DNA from: Candidatus Dormibacteria bacterium
GTDB taxonomy: Bacteria; Chloroflexota; Dormibacteria; Aeolococcales; Aeolococcaceae
DNA length: 54,907 nucleotides
Reading direction: 5' to 3'
Assembly (NCBI GenBank): GCA_050012735.1
Contig: JBEKGP010000005.1
Location: forward strand, 1 to 54,907
Numbering within the stretch: the first letter of the stretch is position 1; every line of letters starts with the position of its first letter. A model generated the notes under the pieces. The model ran no database searches and was not told where the DNA came from. It saw only the letters and a program-made list of their open reading frames with translations. This document shows positions 16,944-27,727 of the stretch, in pieces. Made by a program: the position numbers and the translations under genes.

Positions 16944-17897
16944 TCAGGTCACCTGGACCGGCGCGCTCTCCGGGATGACCACCCGCTCCTGGCCAAGGTC
17001 GCCGAGCACCTGGACACCGACCGGGTAGGTGCCCTGGGCCCCGGCAGAGGAGAGTACCTGGGCATCGAAGTCGATGGTCAGCCTGCCGGGGCTGGATCCA
17101 CTCTCGGCGGGGACCACGAAGCCGTCGAAGAAGGGGAGCGTGGAACCCTCCAACGGATTGGTGCCGCCGATGCGACCTGAGTTCCCGGTGATCGTCACCG
17201 AACCGTCGAAGATGAAGACGGGCGGTAGGGTCACCAGCACACTGACTTCGTTGGCGGGGCCGGTGCCCTGATTGATGACGCTCACCCTGTAGGTGACGTC
17301 CTCCCCCGGAACGGCCAGGCTGGGGCTGACCGTGACCAGCGCCGAGAGCTGGGGGGCGGCGGTCAGCTTGACCGGCAGTCCGTTGCTCTGAGTGGTCGAA
17401 GCCGTCGACGCGGAGGCGCTCGCGGTCATGGTGTAGGTGTTCGGACTGCCCAGGGCAAGAGCGTCGAAGTCGATCGTCACGTAGTCCTTGTAGCCGCTCA
17501 ACTCCCAAACTCCCCAGGTCGGCTGGTGGCTCTGACCCTGGGCGTCGACCGGCGAGGTTCGCACCGCGCTGCCGCCCAGGCCCGGGGTATCCGTGTAGCG
17601 GAAGTCCGCCGGCAGGTTGGCGGTGACGGTGAGCCCCGCCGTGCCCGCCGCGCCGATATCCGTGACCCTGATGACGAACTCGATCGTCTGATTGGCGGCG
17701 ACGGTCGTGCTCGGGTCAACCGTTGCCAGGGTGACGCCCAGCGACGTGTGATTGGCTCCGCACCCGGCCGCCGCCATCGCGCCGAGGATGGCCGGAAGGA
17801 CGAGCAGGCGGGAGAGCTTCGGCAGCCACGCGGCACGCCCACCGCCGGCCGGGCCATGCCCTCGGCCTGCCGGCGCCGGATCCCACTCGGATGTCAT
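16944..17897 (-). CDS. DUF11 / CARDB-like Ig-fold repeat lipoprotein
   Basis: Lipobox-like AMAAAGC; two repeats of the form (F/Y)xIxVxN/DxG...A.xV.V...LP..F.(Y/F). Confidence 0.72.
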   Translation of the reverse strand: MTSEWDPAPAGRGHGPAGGGRAAWLPKLSRLLVLPAILGAMAAAGCGANHTSLGVTLATVDPSTTVAANQTIEFVIRVTDIGAAGTAGLTVTANLPADFRYTDTPGLGGSAVRTSPVDAQGQSHQPTWGVWELSGYKDYVTIDFDALALGSPNTYTMTASASASTASTTQSNGLPVKLTAAPQLSALVTVSPSLAVPGEDVTYRVSVINQGTGPANEVSVLVTLPPVFIFDGSVTITGNSGRIGGTNPLEGSTLPFFDGFVVPAESGSSPGRLTIDFDAQVLSSAGAQGTYPVGVQVLGDLGQERVVIPESAPVQVT

Positions 17898-17935
17898 CCG
17901 GCCCTGCGAGACCCGCAGGCCCACACCGAGGCGGG

Positions 17936-18682
17936 TCACACCCTCTGGGCGGCGCGCATCGGCGCCAGCGGACGGCGCTCGCGTCGCGGCGGCGTCAGCG
18001 GGACATCGGTGGCTCTGGGAAGCGGATCCGGGTAACCGGCCTCGGCGAGTAGACGCAGGGTGAGGGCGACGTCCAGCCCGACGACGGTGTCGACCCGACC
18101 ACTCACCGCCTCGACGAAGTCTCCACCGGCCCCCTGCACCGCGTACGCGCCGGCCTTGTCGAGGGGCTCGCCGCTCGCGACGTAGGTGATCAGGTCCTGC
18201 TCGGAGAAGTCGCGCATCTTGACCAACGAGCGCGAGACGGCGAGCGCCTCGACGTCGGTGCCGGTTCTCAGGACGCAGACCCCGGTGAGGACCGTGTGAC
18301 GCCGGCCGCGCAACTCGGTCAGCATCCGGAGTGCCGCCTCCGGCGTGCCTGGCTTGCCGAGGGGGCCGCGCGGCCCCACCACGACGGTGTCCGCCGCCAC
18401 GACGAAGCTGCCGGGCTCGACGCGCTCCGCGATCTCCACCGCCTTCTGACGGGCGATGAGCTGGCAGCCGAGGTCCGCACACATCCCGGGGGGAAGGGGC
18501 GGATCCGGCGAAGGCTCCACGACGGCGAAGCGGATCCCGGCTCGGACCAGCAGTTCGCGCCGGCGGGGGCTGGAGGAGGCGAGGACGATGCGTACCAAAG
18601 GTGCGCTGGAAACCCGGGGTGCAACGTGCCTGAACGAGGACGGCGCCCGAACGCCCGGAAGTTGCTCGTCTGAGTCGGTCAT
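17936..18682 (-). CDS. maf: Maf family nucleoside triphosphate pyrophosphatase
   Basis: IVLASSSPRRRELL, VVAADTVV, LGKP, GEPLDKAGAYAVQG. Confidence 0.93.
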   Translation of the reverse strand: MTDSDEQLPGVRAPSSFRHVAPRVSSAPLVRIVLASSSPRRRELLVRAGIRFAVVEPSPDPPLPPGMCADLGCQLIARQKAVEIAERVEPGSFVVAADTVVVGPRGPLGKPGTPEAALRMLTELRGRRHTVLTGVCVLRTGTDVEALAVSRSLVKMRDFSEQDLITYVASGEPLDKAGAYAVQGAGGDFVEAVSGRVDTVVGLDVALTLRLLAEAGYPDPLPRATDVPLTPPRRERRPLAPMRAAQRV

Positions 18683-18842
18683 GCGCCCCTCAGCAACGTG
18701 CGTGATTTCTCGGTCCTCTCCCCCGCGTACGACCCCACCCGGGAACGATCGTACCATCGTCCGAGGGGTGAGCCGAACCTGAGCTTCCCGATTGCGCTGA
18801 TTGATCGCTTATTCTGACACTGTCCCCATCCGATCTGCCGGC

Positions 18843-19556
18843 TCAGCGGAACGCGACCACGAGCGAGATCGAGGCGGGGACCAGGGCGAGCAGTCCCAGG
18901 GCCGGCCCGGCGACCATCACCAGACGGCGGCTCACCCCGATGAGACCGGTGTAGACGAGCACCGAGCAGGCACCGAGACCGGCCACCACGGGGGCGGAGA
19001 TCCCGGCGAGAGGCGCGAACCCGGCCAGAGAGAAGCAAGCGAGGCCGATGGCGGCAACCAGTGCCGCCCGCCCCAGCCGCGCGGTGTGGGGGTCGAAGGG
19101 GCGGACGAGGGCAGGCAGCGCCATCAGCACGGCGAGGACGGCCCAGGGTCGGCCTGCGGCCACCGATCCGCCGGCGGCCGCAATGGTGCCCAGGTCCAGC
19201 GTCTTCGCCACCGAGGCAAGCCCGAGGAGGGGAGCGACCGCCGCGGCAACCGCCGCCAACCGCTGCCAGGGCCACCTCTCCGCGCTGCCCCAGGCGATGC
19301 CCGCAGCCAGGGCCGTGACGACTACCACCAGGCTCACGCCCGTGGGCAGGCCGAGGAGGGGGGAGCCGGGGAAGGCCAGCAACCCACAGGCGGCGCTGAC
19401 GCCGACGGCGACCATCAGTTCGTCGAGCTGGGCGGGGCGGAGCCCGGCGGGGATGCGGCCGCCGATGGCGACCACGGCCGCCACCAGGCCCGCAAAGGCC
19501 GCGCCGGGGAATATGGCCACGGCCACGATGGCGCTCAGCACGGCCAGCGGGTTCAT
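18843..19556 (-). CDS. Integral membrane protein, distantly NuoH/HyfC-like
   Basis: Many hydrophobic segments; N-terminal AIFPGAAF and LPALVRPFD resemble NuoH/HyfC motifs; ATGA overlap with the upstream gene. Confidence 0.5.
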   Translation of the reverse strand: MNPLAVLSAIVAVAIFPGAAFAGLVAAVVAIGGRIPAGLRPAQLDELMVAVGVSAACGLLAFPGSPLLGLPTGVSLVVVVTALAAGIAWGSAERWPWQRLAAVAAAVAPLLGLASVAKTLDLGTIAAAGGSVAAGRPWAVLAVLMALPALVRPFDPHTARLGRAALVAAIGLACFSLAGFAPLAGISAPVVAGLGACSVLVYTGLIGVSRRLVMVAGPALGLLALVPASISLVVAFR

Positions 19557-20782
19557 GCCCCAGCTCCGAAGACGAGGTGAACGGCTCCCATCGGGAGCAG
19601 GCCCACGGCCAGCGCCACTGCGGCGATCAGCCAGGCGGCGGCGACCCGGTAATGCGGCGCCGGCGCCCCGTCACCGGGTTCGCCCTGAGCGACGCTCAGG
19701 ACGGCGGTCACGGTCACCAGCCCCCCGGCGAGCAGGCAGGCGGCGGCGACGCTTGGGTTGAAGGCGACGCACGCCTGGAGGATGAGGAACCGTCCCCAGA
19801 ACGCCGGGGAGGGGGGCAGCCCGCAGATGGCGAGCCAGACCATGCGGCGGGGTGGACCCAGACCGGGTCGCGGCGTCTGCAGGAGGATGGGGGCAACGAC
19901 CAGGTGGGTGAGGATGAGCAGCAGCCCCCCGGCGACGGCGGCAGTCTCCCCGGTGCCGATGGCGGCGGCGACGAGGCCGAGGTCACCGACAGCCACCCGG
20001 CCGTAGCGGGTGGCCGGCCCGGCGCGGAGGCTCATCACCCCGGCCCAGACCGCACTGATCAGACCGCAGGTGAGGATGGTGTGATCGAAGGCGAGCCTGG
20101 CGAGAAGGGGGAGCGGGCCGGGGATCGCGAAGGCGGCGAGCAGGACGGCGGGCGCAAGCAGCACCAGCCAGGTGGCGATCTCGGGAGCGGGCAGGTCGGC
20201 CAGGGCACCGGCCACCCATCCACCGAGCGGCACGACCGCGGCCAGAGCGAGGATCCCGACCACCAAGAGGCCGCCCACCATGCCCGGCTGGCCACCGGAG
20301 GCGGCAGCGGGAAGGAGCAGGCTGACGGCGAGCAGCGCGGCCGCCCCCGTGCCGGCGACCCGGGCGGCGGCCAGGCTGGCTCGCCCCGGCGCCACCGAGA
20401 TCCAGCGAAGGCTGAGGGCGGCGACGGCAAGCATGGCCGCGACCCCGAAGAGGAGGGGGGAACCGGTCGAGAGGAGGAGCACCACGGCCCCCCCGACGGT
20501 CCCCATCCCGACGATCTCGCGGCCGTCCAGGTGGTCGGCGAGGAGCAGGCACAGCCAGAGGGCGGTGGCCGACGCGGAGAGGAGGCCGCCGGCTTCGCGG
20601 GGCAGCACCGGACCACCACCGCCCAGCCCGTCCGGTCGCGCGCCGCCCTGCACCGTGGCGAGGGTGAGAGCGACGAGCAGGAGGGGCGCGATCAGGGCGA
20701 TCGGACGGCGAAAGCGGGTCGGGCCGAGCCCGGCGATGATTCCGATGCCGGCCCAGGCAGCGGCCAGCCACACGGCGTTCAT
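19553..20782 (-). CDS. Degenerate antiporter-like membrane subunit (NuoN/MrpD/HyfF-like)
   Basis: Highly hydrophobic; remnants VVPLGGWV, ILTHLVV and LAICGLPPSPAFWGRFLIL; ATGA overlaps at both ends. Confidence 0.6.
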   Translation of the reverse strand: MNAVWLAAAWAGIGIIAGLGPTRFRRPIALIAPLLLVALTLATVQGGARPDGLGGGGPVLPREAGGLLSASATALWLCLLLADHLDGREIVGMGTVGGAVVLLLSTGSPLLFGVAAMLAVAALSLRWISVAPGRASLAAARVAGTGAAALLAVSLLLPAAASGGQPGMVGGLLVVGILALAAVVPLGGWVAGALADLPAPEIATWLVLLAPAVLLAAFAIPGPLPLLARLAFDHTILTCGLISAVWAGVMSLRAGPATRYGRVAVGDLGLVAAAIGTGETAAVAGGLLLILTHLVVAPILLQTPRPGLGPPRRMVWLAICGLPPSPAFWGRFLILQACVAFNPSVAAACLLAGGLVTVTAVLSVAQGEPGDGAPAPHYRVAAAWLIAAVALAVGLLPMGAVHLVFGAGA

Positions 20783-21411
20783 CGACCCGCCCCGGGGGCC
20801 GCGGGCCGGTGCCGGCCGGCCAGCCACCCCTCCAACACCGCCGCGACGGGGACGAGGGCGATGACGCCGGCCACGTCCGGCAGGGGGCCGCTGCCACCCC
20901 GGAGCAGCCAGCCCACGCTCACCGCGAAAGCGAGTGCGACCACGCCCACGGAGAGGTCCGTGACACTGCGGGCGAGGAGGACGCGGAGCACACCGCACGT
21001 GAAGATGAAAGCGACCGGGAAGAGCGCACCCTGCACGGGGGCGACCGACCCGACCGGCACGTTGAAGCTGACCCACGAGGCCGCGATCAGGGCGATGACG
21101 CCGGCGGCCACGCGAGCGCTGCGCGGCCCGAAGAGCCCCTCGTGCGGTGTCGCGACCGAGTGGAGCGGGTCGATCCCGGAGCGCGGGCCCAGCCGTCTGG
21201 CGATGGTCCTGACCAGCGGGCTGGCGGCGGCACCGGCCGCACCGGCTCCGAGGACGACGAGCGCCGCCCAGCCGCCGCCATAGATCGCCGCCGCGGGAGA
21301 GAGACCGAGAGCAATCGCGATGCAGGTGACGAGGACGGCGCGCCGCCGGTCGACCGTGACGGCGACAGCCCCGGCAGCGAAGGCGATGAGGTCCAGGAGC
21401 GGCTGGTTCAC
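20779..21411 (-). CDS. Integral membrane protein (size and position like HyfE)
   Basis: About 210 aa with 6-7 hydrophobic segments; GTG start overlaps the upstream stop (GTGA). Confidence 0.55.
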   Translation of the reverse strand: MNQPLLDLIAFAAGAVAVTVDRRRAVLVTCIAIALGLSPAAAIYGGGWAALVVLGAGAAGAAASPLVRTIARRLGPRSGIDPLHSVATPHEGLFGPRSARVAAGVIALIAASWVSFNVPVGSVAPVQGALFPVAFIFTCGVLRVLLARSVTDLSVGVVALAFAVSVGWLLRGGSGPLPDVAGVIALVPVAAVLEGWLAGRHRPAAPGAGR

Positions 21412-23174
21412 AGGTAATGGAAACCGAGGAGTGCGGCGAGCGCCACGACCACCGTGAAGACGAGGCCGGGCTGGGTCACCAACCACGCGTCGAGGCGGCT
21501 CAGCCCGCGTCCGAGGCCGCCGGCGGGACGTCCGAGAGCCCGGCGGGCCCCGACGGCGGCGACCCAGGCGGGCCGCGGGCGCGGACCCCGCTCGCCGTGC
21601 GCGGGGTGGGGGAAGGGGACCCCGAGGGCCAGCCCACCGCTCACGACCGCGAGCAGGACCACCAGGAGCGCGAGACTGAGGTAGCCGCCCGGCCAGGGCC
21701 CTCCCGGCCCGTGCAGGGTGGCGGCGTCGATGGCGACGGGGGCCCCGCTGCCCACCAGGGGACCCAGCAGCACCGCGCCCACGACCCCCGGGAGGAGCGC
21801 AGCAGCGGCCCCCAGCACAAGAGCCACGGCGGCATCGGGCCGTGGCAGCACGGCGCGCCGGAGCAGCCCCGGGGGTCGTGCCCCCGCTCCGACCGGGGAG
21901 CTCTCACGGAGGGGTGTGACCTCCCCGTCGCCGGATGGCGGGAATGCCGTGGCCTCCCCGGAGAGGAGGGCGGCGAGCCCGATCGCCTGCCGTGCCGCGA
22001 CCACCCCCCCCCCAGCGGCGATGACGGCGGCCATCCCCAGGGCGAGCAGGAGCGGCGCGTACGGACGGCCCAGGGAGGAGACCGCGCCGAGCTCGAGAAC
22101 GATGGCCGTGGTCCCGAACCCGATGGGCAGCCCGCCTGCGGCGGCCAGCGCGGTCGCGGCGAGTGCGCGGCCGCGGCGGGTGGGCAGGGTCGGCCTGCTC
22201 CAGGCGGGCGCCGCCAGCAGGGCCAGCTCGAGGGCCACCACCCCGGCCGCAAACCCACCGGCACCACCGGGAAGCCCGGCGACGGCGACCAGAGTCCCCG
22301 CCGAGGCGGTGAGCAGCGCCCTGCCCGCACGGCGCGACTCGTGCTTCCACCGCCAGGCAGCGACGGCACCCCACAGGGCAGCGGCGGCCCCGAGGGTGGC
22401 GAGAACCACCGTAAAGCCGGGGTCCGCCGCGCCCCCGGTGGCCGCTCCGAGCCGGAGCAGGGTCGCCGCGCCGCACGGAACCGCCCCGATGGCGAGCCAG
22501 CTCCTGGTCGACCGCCCTCCGGCGGCTCCAGGCCACCACCCCGCGGCGAGCAGACGCCCAGCCCCAGCCAGGCCCCAGGGCAGCGCCACCGCGATACCGG
22601 CCGCACCCGGGGGAACCGCATAGGGATCGCTCGTCCCGGTGGTCACGATGAGCTCGACAGCGGCCACCAGCAGGCCCAGTGCGAAGACGTGCTGGATCGT
22701 GAAGGCGGCGGCGGCCCCCCGGCTGACCCGCTCTCGGCCCGCTGTCGCCAGCAGCAGGCCACCGAGGCTGGCGATCTCCGCACCGGCGAAGAGCATCACC
22801 GCATTGCCGGCCAGAGCGGCGAGCACCGCACCGGCGGCGGTGACCAGGAGCGCCGCCTCCTCGCCGGGCCGGCGGTCAGCCGCACCGAGGGCAAAGAAGG
22901 TGGCCACGAGGGCGAGCAGGACCAGGGCCAGCCCGGTCTGATCTGCGCGGAGGGTGAGCTGGACCCCCGATACCGCCTGTCCGAAGGTGGTGACAATCGG
23001 GCCGTTGGTAGTGATCGCGGCGATGCTGAGGGCTGCCCACCCGGCGAGCAGCAGGACCCCCGCGCTGAACAGCCGGCGCGTCCGCCGCCACGGAGCGGGC
23101 AGCAAAGAGGCGACGAGCGCCCCGGCGAGGAGTAGGGCGAGGACCAGGGCGGACCGGTTCCCCACGCTCAGCAA
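21408..23174 (-). CDS. Degenerate proton-conducting transporter subunit (MrpA/D, NuoL/M, HyfB-like)
   Basis: LTLRADQTG, AGNAVMLFAGAE, TTGTSD, GWWPGA, LLRL and AGGLPIGFG follow the motif order of Proton_antipo_M proteins. Confidence 0.62.
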   Translation of the reverse strand: MLSVGNRSALVLALLLAGALVASLLPAPWRRTRRLFSAGVLLLAGWAALSIAAITTNGPIVTTFGQAVSGVQLTLRADQTGLALVLLALVATFFALGAADRRPGEEAALLVTAAGAVLAALAGNAVMLFAGAEIASLGGLLLATAGRERVSRGAAAAFTIQHVFALGLLVAAVELIVTTGTSDPYAVPPGAAGIAVALPWGLAGAGRLLAAGWWPGAAGGRSTRSWLAIGAVPCGAATLLRLGAATGGAADPGFTVVLATLGAAAALWGAVAAWRWKHESRRAGRALLTASAGTLVAVAGLPGGAGGFAAGVVALELALLAAPAWSRPTLPTRRGRALAATALAAAGGLPIGFGTTAIVLELGAVSSLGRPYAPLLLALGMAAVIAAGGGVVAARQAIGLAALLSGEATAFPPSGDGEVTPLRESSPVGAGARPPGLLRRAVLPRPDAAVALVLGAAAALLPGVVGAVLLGPLVGSGAPVAIDAATLHGPGGPWPGGYLSLALLVVLLAVVSGGLALGVPFPHPAHGERGPRPRPAWVAAVGARRALGRPAGGLGRGLSRLDAWLVTQPGLVFTVVVALAALLGFHYL

Positions 23175-23211
23175 CGGCGCAGTCTCCCGTCAGCGTCCCG
23201 TGGGGCACGCA

Positions 23212-23703
23212 CTAGTGCGGTGCGGGCGCCCTGGGGGGAGCCGTGGGCAACGCGTGGGCACCGACCTCGGTGGCGCAGTACGGGCAGACCGGCCAGCCCA
23301 GCCGCAGCCGCCGCTCGCAGACGGTGCACCTGCGGGCAAACTGGGTGCGGCAGTACGGGCAGATGACGAAGTCCTCTTCGATGTCGCGCCCGCAGGTTGG
23401 GCACGGGCGGGTGTCCGGCGTGCCGGTGGGGGGCTCCTCGAGGATCTGCTGCTCGAGAGCCAGGGAGCGCTCCTCCGCGAGCGTCCGCGGCGGGCGGACG
23501 ACCAGGTAGATGAGGGCCCCCAGGAAGGGGGGTACGAAGGCGAGCAGGAAGGCGAATATCGCAAAGGGGATCGACGTGGAGCGCCGCCTGGCATCCCGCA
23601 CCACGTTGTAGGCCAGCGCCACCAGGAGCAGGGCCACATAGAGGATGAGCAGGAGGATGCCGAGGAAGATGAGCGAGCCGCTGGTGTCGGCGAGAAGCTT
23701 CAT
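23212..23703 (-). CDS. Membrane-anchored double zinc-ribbon protein
   Basis: N-terminal TM helices with DARRR and LIYLVVRP; CPTC, CPYC, CTVC and CPYC; ATGA overlap with the valS stop. Confidence 0.85.
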   Translation of the reverse strand: MKLLADTSGSLIFLGILLLILYVALLLVALAYNVVRDARRRSTSIPFAIFAFLLAFVPPFLGALIYLVVRPPRTLAEERSLALEQQILEEPPTGTPDTRPCPTCGRDIEEDFVICPYCRTQFARRCTVCERRLRLGWPVCPYCATEVGAHALPTAPPRAPAPH

Positions 23704-26321
23704 TCGGAGATCCCTAAGCGACGGCGCAGGGTCTGCGCCTGCAGCTCCACCTCGCGGAGCTGGTCGGTGGCCTTCTTGACCACGCTTTCGGGGGCACGCT
23801 CCCGGAACGCGGTGTTGGCGAGCTGCGCGCGGAACCGGACGGCCTGGCGCTCGACGTCGTCGAGCTGGCGGCGCAGCTTCTCCTCCCCTCCTCCCCCGAG
23901 GTGCAGCTCGGCCTCGAGGCTGCCGGCGATCACCAGCTGGGCCTCGCCAGCGTCATCGCCGTCGGCGACCCGAACGCGGACCAGGGCCTCGAGAATGCGA
24001 CGGCGGTCGGCGGCCGATAGGGAGGGGTTGCCGCCCCGGATGACGACGGGATGGAGGGTCTTGTCGGCCGCGCTGATGCCCGCCTCCTGGCGTCGAGCGC
24101 GGAGCTGTCCGACCAGCAGGAGCAGCTCGTCGACACCGTCACGGGCGCCGGCCCATTCCGTTGCACCCCACTCGGGCAGGACGGTAGGCCAGGAGCGATG
24201 CTGGAGGGTCGGAGCGGGGTCGGGTAGCCGCTGCGCGCACTCCTCGGTGACGAAGGGCATGAACGGGTGGAGGAGGCACAGTGCGGAGTCGAGCACGGTG
24301 ACCGCGGTCGCCGCCGCCGCCTCGCGCCCCTGCCCGTCCCCGCTGTTGCGCAGGCGCATCTTCACGATCTCCATGTAATCGGAGCAGAAATCCTGCCAGA
24401 TCACGCTGTACAAGCGGTCCATGGCGTCGTGGAAGCGGTACTGGGTCATGGCCTGATCGACGGTGGCCACCGCGTCGGCAAGACGCCCGAGGATCCAGTG
24501 GTCCTCGGCGAGGAGCGCCGCGACCGGGACCGCCGGCGGCCTCACCACGATCCGATCACCGTCACCGATGGCCGTGACCAGGAGGCGGGTGACATTCCAG
24601 AGCTTGTTGGCGAATCGCTGGTAACTGGCGACCCGCTCCTCGTCGTAGCGGACGTCCTGCCCGCTCGTGCCGACCGCTCCGGCCCAGGCGCGGACGGCGT
24701 CGGAGCCGTAGCGCCCGATGATGTCCAGAGGGTCGACCGCGTTGCCGCGCGACTTCTGCATTCGGGTGCCGTCGCGGGCCATGATCGTGGACGTGATGAT
24801 CACGTCGGCGAAGGGCTTGCGGCCGGTGAACCTGAGGCCGGTCATGATCATCCGGGCCACCCAGAGGTTGATGATCTCGCGCGCCGTCACGAGCACCTGG
24901 GTGGGATAGAAGCGGCTCAGATCGCGGGTTTCCTCCGGCCAGCCGAAGATGGCGAACGGCCAGAGGGCGCTCGAGAACCAGGTGTCGAGGACATCGGGAT
25001 CGTGCTCCAGCCGGTCGCTACCGCAGTTGGGGCAGATCTCCGGCGTGTCCACCCAGGCGAAGCGATGGCCGTTGCCGCAGCGGCTCACCGGGATCGCGTG
25101 GCCGAGCCAGATCTGGCGGCTGATGCACCAGTCCCGAATGCCACGCATCCAGGTCATGTACTGATCCCCGTAGCGCTCGGGATGGAAGGAGACCTCCCCG
25201 CTCTCGACCGCGGCGATGGCAGGCTCGGCCAGGGTCGTCATACGGACCCACCACTGCTCGCTCACGAGCGGCTCGATCACGTGATGACAGCGATCGCAGT
25301 GGCTGACCTCGTGGACGTAGGGCTCCTCACCGCCCACCGCCCCCTGCTCGCGGAGGGCCTCGGTGACCTCGCGCCGAGCGTCCTCCACCGTGAGACCGTG
25401 GAAACGGGGGAGATCGGGGACGTCCATGGTCCCATCCAGCCCGATCACGTTGACGATCGCGAGCCCGTGGCGGACGCCGATCTCGTAGTCGGTGGGATCG
25501 TGGCCCGGGGTGACCTTGAGCGCACCGGTGCCGAAGGTCACGTCGACGGCCGCGTCGGCGACGATCGGGACGCGCCGGCCGGTGAGCGGAAGGATGACGT
25601 GACGGCCCACCAGGTCCCGGTAGCGGGGGTCGTCGGGATTCACCGCCACCGCGGAGTCGCCCAGCATCGTCTCGGGACGGACCGTGGCCACGACCACCTC
25701 GCCGCCGCCCTCCACGGGGTAGCGCAGGCGAGTGAGGGTGTCGTGGTGCTCGATCCACTCGACCTCCTCATCGCTGATGGCGCTGCGGTCATGGGGGCAC
25801 CAGTTGACGATGCGGGGGCCCCGATAGATCAGTCCCTCGTCGAAGAGGGCCTTGAAGACGGTGCGGATGGCCCGCACGTAGGGCTCATCGAGGGTGAATC
25901 GCGAGCGCGACCAGTCGCACGTAAAGCCGAGCCGGCGCATCTGCTCGTAGATGCGGCCGCCACATTCCTCATACCAGGCGTCCACCCGGACCTGGAAGGC
26001 GGCGCGTCCGATCGCCTCGCGGCTGGTGCCCTCCGCGACCAGCTGGCGCTCGATCACCGCGTTGGTCGCGATGGCGGCGTGATCGGTGCCGGGGCACCAC
26101 TCGACCTCAGCGCCCCGCATCCGCCAGTGGCGGGCCAGGATGTCCTGGACCGAGAAGCCCATGGCGTGACCCATGTGCAGCGGGGCGGTGATGTTGGGAG
26201 GTGGCAGGGCGATGGTGAAGCTGGGACGGTCCGACGCGGCGTCCGCCCGGCCCACCTCCAGCTCCTCCCACCGGAGGCGCCAGCGGGGCTCGACCTCCGC
26301 CGGCTCGAACTTCGATTCCAT
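23700..26321 (-). CDS. valS: Valine--tRNA ligase
   Basis: PPPNIT..LHMGHA, GTDHAAIAT, GTGALKVTPGHD, DWCISRQIWLGH, DVLDTWFSS, RMQKSRGN (KMSKS variant), C-terminal coiled coil. Confidence 0.96.
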   Translation of the reverse strand: MESKFEPAEVEPRWRLRWEELEVGRADAASDRPSFTIALPPPNITAPLHMGHAMGFSVQDILARHWRMRGAEVEWCPGTDHAAIATNAVIERQLVAEGTSREAIGRAAFQVRVDAWYEECGGRIYEQMRRLGFTCDWSRSRFTLDEPYVRAIRTVFKALFDEGLIYRGPRIVNWCPHDRSAISDEEVEWIEHHDTLTRLRYPVEGGGEVVVATVRPETMLGDSAVAVNPDDPRYRDLVGRHVILPLTGRRVPIVADAAVDVTFGTGALKVTPGHDPTDYEIGVRHGLAIVNVIGLDGTMDVPDLPRFHGLTVEDARREVTEALREQGAVGGEEPYVHEVSHCDRCHHVIEPLVSEQWWVRMTTLAEPAIAAVESGEVSFHPERYGDQYMTWMRGIRDWCISRQIWLGHAIPVSRCGNGHRFAWVDTPEICPNCGSDRLEHDPDVLDTWFSSALWPFAIFGWPEETRDLSRFYPTQVLVTAREIINLWVARMIMTGLRFTGRKPFADVIITSTIMARDGTRMQKSRGNAVDPLDIIGRYGSDAVRAWAGAVGTSGQDVRYDEERVASYQRFANKLWNVTRLLVTAIGDGDRIVVRPPAVPVAALLAEDHWILGRLADAVATVDQAMTQYRFHDAMDRLYSVIWQDFCSDYMEIVKMRLRNSGDGQGREAAAATAVTVLDSALCLLHPFMPFVTEECAQRLPDPAPTLQHRSWPTVLPEWGATEWAGARDGVDELLLLVGQLRARRQEAGISAADKTLHPVVIRGGNPSLSAADRRRILEALVRVRVADGDDAGEAQLVIAGSLEAELHLGGGGEEKLRRQLDDVERQAVRFRAQLANTAFRERAPESVVKKATDQLREVELQAQTLRRRLGISE

Positions 26322-26408
26322 GGGTGGCCCGAAGTATACGGGCCACGCTCGGGGCCCCACGGCCCGCCCTGGGCGCCAGGGCACCCGGCGGCGGCCTGGG
26401 GGCCGCCG

Positions 26409-27704
<1,296 letters not shown>

Positions 27705-27727
27705 GTCCTCACCCGCATCGCGTGCCC

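Noticed and set aside
26322-26408. T-box riboswitch upstream of valS
   Set aside because: Only 87 nt available, with no T-box consensus or stem I.
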